DNA of 47,683 nucleotides from positions 1 to 47,683 of the forward strand of contig JANMKN010000341.1 in the NCBI GenBank assembly GCA_031372065.1, given 5' to 3'. Under the pieces are notes generated by a model that was given only the letters and a program-made list of their open reading frames with translations, was not told the DNA's origin and made no database searches. The translations under genes were made by a program, and so were the position numbers. The DNA comes from Abditibacteriaceae bacterium (GTDB taxonomy: Bacteria; Armatimonadota; Abditibacteriia; Abditibacteriales; Abditibacteriaceae). Shown piece after piece: positions 1 to 8,500 of the stretch; positions within the stretch are counted from its first letter, which is position 1; each line of letters starts with the position of its first letter.

Positions 1-21
1 AGAGGGGCCGGGTGTGAGGGT
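1..21. repeat. Partial REP-like element (GAGGGGCCGGG-GTGAGGG type), truncated by the window edge
   Basis: agaggggccgggtgtgagggt resembles the right arm of the widespread CCCTCACCCC..CCCTCTCCC / GGGAGAGGG..GGGGTGAGGG palindromic repeats. The left arm would lie outside the window. Confidence 0.45.
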
Positions 22-66
22 TAATTCGATGCATGCCAAAACTCCGAATTTTGTTTTTCAATTCTC

Positions 67-2775
67 ATGAAATTGCTTCTGATTGACGGTTATTCGCTGT
101 TATTTCGCGCTTATTTTTCGTCGCCGCCGCTGACAACCAAAGACGGCGAGCCAACGGGCGCGCTCTTTGGCTTTTTGAAAATGGTGTTGCGCCTTTTGGA
201 CGAAGCGCAGCCCGATTATGCGCTTGTCGCATTGGACGCCCACGCGCCGACTTTTCGCCACGATGCCGACGCGACTTATAAAGCCAATCGGCCCGAAACG
301 CCGGACGACATGAAAAGCCAATCTGTGCGCGTGCGTCCGGTGCTGGAAGGGCTTGCGATTCCGTTTTACGAACATGCCGGCTTTGAAGCGGATGACATTA
401 TCGGCACTTTGGCGGCGCACGGGCCGCTGCAAGGCTGCGAAGTGACCATTGTCACTGGCGACGGCGATGCTTTGCAACTCGTGACCGACAAAGTGCGCGT
501 GTTGCTGACGCGCAAAGGCGTCAGCGATTTGCAGCAGTATTCGCCCGACGGCGTGCGCGAGCGTTTTGGGTTCGGCCCCGAACTTTTGCCGGATTACAAA
601 GGTTTGCGCGGCGATTCGTCCGACAACATTCCCGGCGTGCCCGGTATTGGCGATAAAACGGCGTCGAGTTTGATTGCGCAATGGGGCGATTTGGAAAAAA
701 TTTACCAGCATCTCGACGAGATTAAACCGCCGCGCATCGGCAATTTGCTGCGCGAGCATGAAGAAATCGCGTTTCACTCGCGCCAAATGGGGCGCATCGT
801 GACAAATCTGCCGCTGGAAATTGATTTTGAAGCGTGTCGCTACCAAGACGCCCGCGCCGATGAGAAAAAACGGGAGCGCGCCTTCGAAACGATTCAAAAG
901 TTGGAATTCAAAAGTCTGATGAATCGCTTTCGCGATGGAGGAATCAGCCAAAGCGAAGCCGTCGAAGACAAAATCGAAGTGCTGTCGTGCGATTGGCAAG
1001 AAGCCAAATCCGCCGATGACGCGCGGCTTTGGCTGCAAGCACAAACGGCGCCCGTGGCAGTTTTATGGGAAAATGGCGCGCTCACTTTTGCCAGCGAAAA
1101 AACCGCGATGACTTTTAGCGGTGCGCCGTCCGCATTAGGCGATTGGTTTGGTGACGCGAAGGCGCTGAAAATCGCGCATGATGCGAAAACGCTGCGTTTA
1201 TTGATGAACGGAATCAGCGTGCGCGGTATCGTGGCGGACACGCTTTTGATGGCCTATTTGCTTGATCCGGCTCATCAAGCGCATCCTTTGCCGAAATTAA
1301 GCGAAAAATATCTGAAAAAATCGCTTCCCGAAGTGCCGGAGGCGCCAAAACCTGACAAAAAAGCCAAAAAAGCGGCTCCGACTTCGCTTTTTGAAGAAGA
1401 ATTTGCCGAAGCCGCCCAAGAAAACGAAGCCGCGCTGCTCGTTTTGGAGCGCCACAAAGTCAGCGGCGCGCACGCCTGCGCGATGGCGCATTTGGCGCCG
1501 GTATTGCGCGAAGCACTCCAAGAAATCGGCGAAGAATCCATTTTCGACCAGTTGGAATTGCCAATCGTCAACGTTTTGGTGGCGATGGAACGTCATGGAA
1601 TGCTGTTGGATGTGCCGCATTTGGAAAAGGTGGGCGAGCAACTCAAAGCCGACACCGAACGCTTGCAAAGCGAAATTTGGCAACTCGCAGGCGAAGAATT
1701 CAACGTCGGTTCGACCAAGCAATTGCAAGTGGTGCTTTACGAAAAATTGGGCCTCGCCAAAGGGCGCTCCATCAAAACCGGCTATTCAACCGACGTTCAC
1801 ACGTTGGAAAAATTCGCCGAAGAACACGAAATCGCCCGCAAAATCCTCGAATATCGCAGCACTACGAAGTTGCAAGCGACTTATGTAGAAGGTTTGCTCA
1901 ACGGGCGCGACAAAAAAACCAATCGCGTTCACACCAGCTTGAACCAAACCGGCACGATTACGGGACGAATCAGTTCGTCCAATCCGGGTTTGCAAAATGT
2001 GCCGATTCGCACCGCGCAGGGTCGTTTGATTCGTCAAGCGTTCATCGCGCCGCCGGGCCACGTTTTGATGAAAGCCGATTATTCGCAGATCGAATTGCGT
2101 ATTTTGGCGCATATTACCAAAGATAAACCGCTGATTGAAGCCTTTCAAAGCGGTCAGGATGTGCATTCGCGCACCGCGTCGGAGCTTTTCAATGTGCCGG
2201 TTGAAGAAGTGGACAACGAAATGCGTCGCAAGGCCAAAATGACCAATTATGCCATTGCTTACGGCGTTTCGGGCTTTGGTTTAGCCAAACAATTAGGCGG
2301 CGGTTCGCCGGGCGAAGCGCAAAAATTCATCAATCATTATTTTGAAACGCTGCCGGGCATCAAAAAATACATTGACGACACGCTCGAAACGGCGCGCAAG
2401 CAAGGTTACGTCGAAACGCTGCTCGGACGGCGCCGCCCTTTGCCGGAAATTAACAGTCCGCGCGGCCCTGAACGCGCCGGAGCCGAACGCACGGCGATTA
2501 ATCATCCGATTCAAGGCACCAGCGCCGACATTATGAAATTCGCGATGTTAGCCGTCTTCGCCGAAATGCGCGAACGCCAAATGAAATCGCGCATGATTAT
2601 GCAAGTGCATGACGAACTGGTTTTTGAAGTGCCGGAAGACGAAATCGAAGCGATGGCGGCCTTAGCCGGTTCGCTAATGAGCGAAGTGCCGACCAAACGC
2701 CTCGAACTCAGCGTGCCTTTGGAAACCGATGTCGGCGCCGGGCCAAACTGGGACGCCACCGAAAAAATCAAATAA
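67..2775 (+). CDS. polA: DNA polymerase I
   Basis: 5'-3' exonuclease motifs (LLIDGYSLLFRAYF, EADDIIGTL, GDSSDNIPGVPGIGDKTA). Polymerase motifs TGRISSSNPGLQN, ADYSQIELRILAH, RRKAKMTNYAIAYG, QVHDELVFE. The 3'-5' exonuclease region looks degenerate. Confidence 0.98.
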   Translation: MKLLLIDGYSLLFRAYFSSPPLTTKDGEPTGALFGFLKMVLRLLDEAQPDYALVALDAHAPTFRHDADATYKANRPETPDDMKSQSVRVRPVLEGLAIPFYEHAGFEADDIIGTLAAHGPLQGCEVTIVTGDGDALQLVTDKVRVLLTRKGVSDLQQYSPDGVRERFGFGPELLPDYKGLRGDSSDNIPGVPGIGDKTASSLIAQWGDLEKIYQHLDEIKPPRIGNLLREHEEIAFHSRQMGRIVTNLPLEIDFEACRYQDARADEKKRERAFETIQKLEFKSLMNRFRDGGISQSEAVEDKIEVLSCDWQEAKSADDARLWLQAQTAPVAVLWENGALTFASEKTAMTFSGAPSALGDWFGDAKALKIAHDAKTLRLLMNGISVRGIVADTLLMAYLLDPAHQAHPLPKLSEKYLKKSLPEVPEAPKPDKKAKKAAPTSLFEEEFAEAAQENEAALLVLERHKVSGAHACAMAHLAPVLREALQEIGEESIFDQLELPIVNVLVAMERHGMLLDVPHLEKVGEQLKADTERLQSEIWQLAGEEFNVGSTKQLQVVLYEKLGLAKGRSIKTGYSTDVHTLEKFAEEHEIARKILEYRSTTKLQATYVEGLLNGRDKKTNRVHTSLNQTGTITGRISSSNPGLQNVPIRTAQGRLIRQAFIAPPGHVLMKADYSQIELRILAHITKDKPLIEAFQSGQDVHSRTASELFNVPVEEVDNEMRRKAKMTNYAIAYGVSGFGLAKQLGGGSPGEAQKFINHYFETLPGIKKYIDDTLETARKQGYVETLLGRRRPLPEINSPRGPERAGAERTAINHPIQGTSADIMKFAMLAVFAEMRERQMKSRMIMQVHDELVFEVPEDEIEAMAALAGSLMSEVPTKRLELSVPLETDVGAGPNWDATEKIK

Positions 2776-2838
2776 ACGCTGGCCATAGCCACAAAAAGGC
2801 GCAAAAAACCAATAAATTGCGTGGTAGAAGCGGAAATT

Positions 2839-2985
2839 GACTGGCCGGTGCCGCCAAATGACTTAGCGGCGCCGCCAGACGATTCGGCGGCTCCCCTGAG
2901 TGATTTGGCGGTTCCCCTGAGTGATTCGGGGGCTCCCCTAAGTGATTCGGGGGAGCCCCTGAACTACTCAGGGGCGTGCGTAGAC
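2839..2985. repeat. Degenerate 21-bp tandem repeat, about 7 units
   Basis: Units: gactggccggtgccgccaaat / gacttagcggcgccgccagac / gattcggcggctcccctgagt / gatttggcggttcccctgagt / gattcgggggctcccctaagt / gattcgggggagcccctgaac / tactcaggggcgtgcgtagac. Confidence 0.9.
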
Positions 2986-3068
2986 CGTTGGGCGGAACTG
3001 AAAATTACTGGAATACCACCGAAAAATCAAATAAATTCAAGAGAGCGAAAATTTACATTGTAAATTTG

Positions 3069-3097
3069 TTGCCGTGCTGGACATGGACTGCTATAAT
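3069..3097 (+). promoter_or_regulatory. Sigma70-type promoter upstream of rpsA
   Basis: TTGCCG (3069-3074), 17 bp, TATAAT (3092-3097), with an extended -10 TG at 3089-3090. Confidence 0.7.
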
Positions 3098-3435
3098 GAA
3101 CACGGTTTTTCGCCTGTCTTCGGATTATTCTATTGGTTATAACCACGCAGGGCATCATCCATCACAGCCCCGGCTCTTTGCCATCCGCCCTTGTTCCTTG
3201 CGATTGCTCTTAATCATTTAACCGTGTAACAATTTTCGCGCTTTTGCGGAACGTTGCCGGTGCCTGCCTGTCCGAAAACAGCCGAAACCAATGGCTGCAA
3301 GCCGTTCAATTTGTGACATCGCTTTGTGGCGTGGGTTATCAAACTAACCGCAAGGCTAAATTTAGTTAAGGATTTTGTGAGAGGCATTTCGTCTAACCGA
3401 TGGTTTTTCGAAAAGGCCTCTTCAGGAGCTTTCCC

Positions 3436-5280
3436 GTGGAAAACTCTCAAACCAACGAAAACGTGAACGACAACGTGAACAACGACACCAACCTCTCCGG
3501 CGCCGCCTCTGCGGATGCCACCCCTTCCGACGCGACTACGTCCGCTGATGTGGAAGTTTCTACTGCTGAAACAGCGCCCGCTGAAACAGCGTCTGCTGAA
3601 ACAGCGCCCGCTGAAGCTGCGCCTTCTGAAGCTGCGCCTGCTGAAGCTGTGCCTGCTTCTGAAGCAGCGCCTGCTGAAGCTGCCGCTGAAGCTGCGCCTG
3701 CTGCTCCGGCAGCCCCAGTAGAAACACGTCCCTCGCGCCAGCCTTCTATGGCCGAGGTCATGGAATCTGACACTTACATGACTGGTGTCGAAACTTTGCG
3801 CCCGAATACGCTGCTGAAAGGCATCGTGGTGCGCATTGATGAAAACACCGATGAAGTTATGGTGGACATTGGCTCCAAAAGCGAAGGCCTTATTCCCAAA
3901 GAACACGCCGGACGCGATGACATTAGTGTTGGCGACGAAATCGAAGTCGTCGTTATGCGCTCGGAGAATGACGAAGGTCATCCGGTGCTGTCAAAAGCGC
4001 GGGCCGATTATAAGCGTTTGTGGCGCGAACTCGCTCAGGCCAAAGTGGATAATGTCACGCTTGAAGGCACCGTTACCGAACAAGTCAAAGGCGGCTTGAT
4101 CGTGGATTTGGGTGTGCGCGCTTTCATTCCCGCGCGTTATGTGGATATCCGCAATAAGGCTGAAATTGGTCGTCTTGTGGGCGGCTCAATTCCGGTCAAG
4201 ATTTTGGAAATTGACGAAAAACGCAGCAAAGTTATCGCTTCGCATGAGGCTGCGGCCAGAGAAGAGCGTAAAGCGAAAGAAGCTGTGGCTTGGGCGAATA
4301 TCGAAAAAGATAAAGTGATGGAAGGCGTAGTCTCGCGCATTACCGACTTTGGCGCCTTTGTTGACCTCGGCGGCGTAGACGGCCTGTTGCACATCCGCGA
4401 AATGTCGTGGGGACGCCTCGATAATCCCAATCAAGTGGTCAAAAAAGGCCAAAAACTCGAAGTTTTGGTGCTGGATATTGACGAAAGCACCAAGCCGCGC
4501 CGTATTGCTCTGGGCCTCAAGCAGTTGCAGCCCGATCCTTGGAAGAAAGCGGCGCGCACCTATCGTCAAGGCCAGATTGTCACCGGCAAAGTGACGCGTT
4601 TGGTTTCTTCGTGCGCATTTGTGGAATTGGAAGAAGGCATCGAAGCTATTATTCCCATTTCGGAAATGAGCGAACAGCGCATCAAAGCCCCCAGCGAAGT
4701 GCTTCAAGAAGGACAGGAAATCGAAGCGCGCATCAAGCAAGTTGAGCCGGGCAAGCGCCGCATTTCACTCAGCCTTAAAGCCGCTGTGCAAGAAAAAGAG
4801 CGCCGCGAAACGCGCAGCACTATCCGCGAAATCAACGATCGTGGCGGCGACGACGAAGTGCGTTTGGGCGATGTTTTTGGTCAAGCGTTGCGCGCTGCCA
4901 AAGAGCGCGGCAAAGAACGTGAGCGCACTACCGCGACCACACGCGCAGAGGCTCGCGAACGCGCTTTGCAAATCGCCGAGGAAGAAGAAGGCGATTGGGA
5001 AGAAACTGCTGACGAAGCCGTTGTTGATGATGTGGCTACCGATGATGTGACTGAAACAACGGACGAAACCACGGAAACTGTCAGTGAGGAAACGCCTGCT
5101 GCGGAAACGGTTGAGGCATCCGAAGACTCTGACAAGGACATCAACAGCGATTCGCTGCCCGGAACTTTGCAAGAAGACACCGAAAGCGATAATCTGCCCG
5201 ATGCCAGCGATGCTGGCACCCCGGTGGCAGATAATATTGCTGGCGATGAGGCAAATTCCGGTCAGAGTTCGCCTGTGTAA
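3436..5280 (+). CDS. rpsA: 30S ribosomal protein S1 (four S1 domains) with long acidic low-complexity N- and C-terminal extensions
   Basis: S1 repeats VMVDIGSKSEGLIP, KGGLIVDLGVRAFIP, DFGAFVDLGGVDGLLHI and AFVELEEGIEAII. Start placed at GTG 3436 after AGGAG (3424-3428); the ORF track starts at 3400. Confidence 0.93.
   Translation: MENSQTNENVNDNVNNDTNLSGAASADATPSDATTSADVEVSTAETAPAETASAETAPAEAAPSEAAPAEAVPASEAAPAEAAAEAAPAAPAAPVETRPSRQPSMAEVMESDTYMTGVETLRPNTLLKGIVVRIDENTDEVMVDIGSKSEGLIPKEHAGRDDISVGDEIEVVVMRSENDEGHPVLSKARADYKRLWRELAQAKVDNVTLEGTVTEQVKGGLIVDLGVRAFIPARYVDIRNKAEIGRLVGGSIPVKILEIDEKRSKVIASHEAAAREERKAKEAVAWANIEKDKVMEGVVSRITDFGAFVDLGGVDGLLHIREMSWGRLDNPNQVVKKGQKLEVLVLDIDESTKPRRIALGLKQLQPDPWKKAARTYRQGQIVTGKVTRLVSSCAFVELEEGIEAIIPISEMSEQRIKAPSEVLQEGQEIEARIKQVEPGKRRISLSLKAAVQEKERRETRSTIREINDRGGDDEVRLGDVFGQALRAAKERGKERERTTATTRAEARERALQIAEEEEGDWEETADEAVVDDVATDDVTETTDETTETVSEETPAAETVEASEDSDKDINSDSLPGTLQEDTESDNLPDASDAGTPVADNIAGDEANSGQSSPV
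3565..3705 (+). repeat. Coding 15-bp tandem repeat (AETAP/AEAAP) in the S1 N-terminus
   Basis: gctgaaacagcgccc / gctgaaacagcgtct / gctgaaacagcgccc / gctgaagctgcgcct ... Confidence 0.85.
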
Positions 5281-5299
5281 CGTGGGCTAATCTCATTTT

Positions 5300-5340
5300 A
5301 TGGCGCGGCACAAGATACAAACTTGTGCCGCGCCATTTTG
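5300..5340 (+). terminator. Intrinsic terminator after rpsA
   Basis: 15-bp stem atggcgcggcacaag / cttgtgccgcgccat followed by a T-rich tract. Confidence 0.85.
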
Positions 5341-5577
5341 TAATTTTGTAAGCGTTTCAACTATCTAAAAATCTGTATTTGTGTTAAAAATGTAGTGTGT
5401 TCCCTTCGTCATAGGAACATTTACGCCAGCGCATAGCTCTAAATGGAAGTTTTGCGTCAATTATTGCATAGCGCGGCACAAGTTTGGCAATTTGTTTGTC
5501 TTACTGTAGCAAACAGTTTTGGCTTGCCGTAATCTGATGTAACCCGTAGACGCCTGTTTCGGGAGAAATTCACAATT

Positions 5578-8500
5578 ATGTTTTCGTTTTCATTGGATCA
5601 CAAAGATCAACAACAAACTGATCTGACTCAACGCGTCAGGACAGGGCACAAATCGGCTTGGCGCGCGGCTTCTGCGCGCTCAAATCCGCGTTCGGCCTTT
5701 GTTGAGCCTCGTTTCGCCGTCAAACTCGTGCTGATGCTGTTGATGATGGCAGCGCTGAGCGGTTCCAGTTGGTGGGCATTGGCACAACGCGACAATGCAG
5801 GTGGACGCGCGCCTTTGTCATTGCGTGATTTGCCCAACTTGATGGTGCAATATGGCCGTCAGCGGCAATTGCAAGCCACCTCTGGTGTCAAATCCAACAG
5901 CACGACGCAGGCTAAAGCTACTGTCACGGCTTCGGGGGCAACGAAAGCGCCTGGCATAACCAAAGCGGTTACGACCAAAAACTTTTCGTTAACCGAAGTT
6001 GACCTGACTTCCGGCAACATTAGCGATGAACGTGAGCCTTCTGTGCGTCCCTCCGGCGATTTTATCGCTTTTGCCTCTAATGGCGTGGATTTGGTCAATA
6101 ATACGACTTTGGCAGCGGGTGCTGACGGAAAAATAGACGCCAACAACAAGGGCACTCAATATCACATTTGGATTATGCGTCGCGACGGCACTGGTCAACG
6201 TCAGGTCACAGGTTTTAGTATTGATACCAGTCGTGACCAGCGTCATCCTTCATGGTCACCCGATGGCAACCGTCTGGTTTATGTAGATGGCAGCGGCACT
6301 GCCGCCCAACTTTTCTTTACAAGCCCGTTTACAGTTGATCCTCTTACCGGTAAGCCACCACTTCAACAGGTTACATTTTTTCTTGGTCAAAAGCGTGATC
6401 CGGCATGGGGGCCGGCGGGCACCATTGCTTTTGCTACAAATGTTGTGGCTTCGCAAAATGGCACTGTAACGCCGACTCCCAATGACAACTACGACATTTT
6501 CTCAATTGACTCCGCTGGCAATTTGGTCACTCTGCGTCGCTTGACTGGTGGCCCTAATGATGTCGTGGGTGACAGCACAGACGATTGGAAACCATCATTT
6601 TCGCTTTTGAATGTGGGCGTGTTGTTCTTTTCGTCCAACCGTGATCGCACTGGGCCTTTGGCAGCCGGGCGCCGCATTTGGTCTATGGGCGCTGTGGACG
6701 GTCAATTCAAAAGGCAGATTACCGATCCTACCAGTCAGGTTGGCGGCGCGGCCAGTGATATAGATGATTCTCCCACGTCATCATTGGCGCAGAACTTCAC
6801 TGTGGCTGGTCAAGCTGTGCAGTTTACCGAAAGATTAGCATTTGAAAGCAATCGCTTAATTGATGTCACCGACACCACGCGCGATAACAACATCTGGTCG
6901 TTGCCTATCAGTAGCGCCGCGCTGGCACCTCCTCCAACACCTCCCGCAGCGGCACTGACGGTAGCCAGCTTTAATAGTGATCAGGTGCGCGACTATGACA
7001 GCACAACGGGCACGTTTCGCCGTGATTTTACGGGCGGATTGCTGAATAGTCCCGAAGACGTGCTTTATGGCCCTGACATTACGGGTGATGGTTTTCAGGA
7101 TTTATATGTTGCCAACCGTAATCGCAACATATTTGGCACCATCGAGGTATTTAATGGTGTTACTGGTGTGTTTGCCCAAACATTAGTGACAGGCACAGGG
7201 CCAACGGGCAATGGCTTGGACCAGCCAACGGGTATGGCGATTGGGCCGAACGGTGGGTTGTTTGTCGCCAGCAGCGGTAATACGACAGTGTATCGCGTCA
7301 CTGTGCCGGGCGGATTTTTGTTTCCCTTCACAACAGGTGGCGCTATTACCGGGGGCATTGAGGGTATTACCTTTGGCCCCGATGCCAATGGGGACGGTTT
7401 TAGCGATCTTTATGTCGCTGCGACTTTCGACAATCAAATCGCAGTGTTCAGCGGTCTTAGCGGCGCCTTTTTGTATAACTTTGTGGATAACACTTCTGGG
7501 GGCAACCTCACTTTCCCGACGGGCATCGCTTTTGGCCCGGATCGCAACGGCGATAGTGTCGCGGACCTTTATGTTGCCACTGGAGGCATTAATGATGCCA
7601 TCAAAATTTACGCTGGCCCGACGGCTGCTACAGCAGGAACGCCTACGACATTTCTTTCAGATTTAGTCACTAATTTGGCTGATCCCACTTTGAATGGGCC
7701 AGAGCGTTTGACTTTTGGCACCGATGTAACTGGCGATGGAATTCCCGAAGTCTATGTTTCGGTTTTTGGTTTTGGCTTTGGGAGTTTGCGAGTCAATCGC
7801 TATGATGGCGCTACTGGTGCCGCTTTGCCCGCCGCAGGGCAACTTGGTTCCGCGTTTATTCTTGACCCCTTGTTGAGTGGCGCCAGTGGTTTAGCATTTA
7901 ACCCGATTGCTGATGGTAGTTATTCGCCGCCTTCGGCCAACGCAGCACCTATCGAAGATGCCACCAATCCGGCTGTATTGGAGACAAATCTTTTATCCTC
8001 GCCCACAGGCGTGACCAATGCCGTTTTTACGGGTGCGACCGAAGATAAATCCGCAGACCGCGAACCGAGCTTTGCCCGTTCCAATGCTACCTCAGCGACA
8101 GTGGCGCAAGTTGTATTTGCCTCACAACGACGCACGGCGGCGGCTCCCTCCAATGACCCGGCGAATCCAGCACCACCGGTAGTGAATCCCGGCGGCGGTA
8201 ATGAATTTACGGTTTCGATTCCTCCGCGTCCGACAAATGCCACTCACGATATTTGGACCACAACAGTGCAAGATTTCACACCACCAGTTTTAATCCCGGT
8301 GGCTGTGGGTGGTCAATTATATCCAGCCTTAGCACCAGGCGTGCAAGCACCCTTTACGGCTCCGCGAACCGCTGAAGAAGGTCTATCCCCCGGCAGTAAA
8401 GTCACCATCGCTTTTGTGTTGCAAGACTTGGAAAGCGGCTTGGCCTCGGCTTCTGTTGTGTTTAAGGACGCAGATCGCCCTACATATTCTACAAGTCTTG

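Noticed and set aside
5346..5361. ttgtaagcgtttcaac resembles the middle of spacer 2
   Set aside because: Only an 8-nt core matches, and the spacer's 5' seed region does not.
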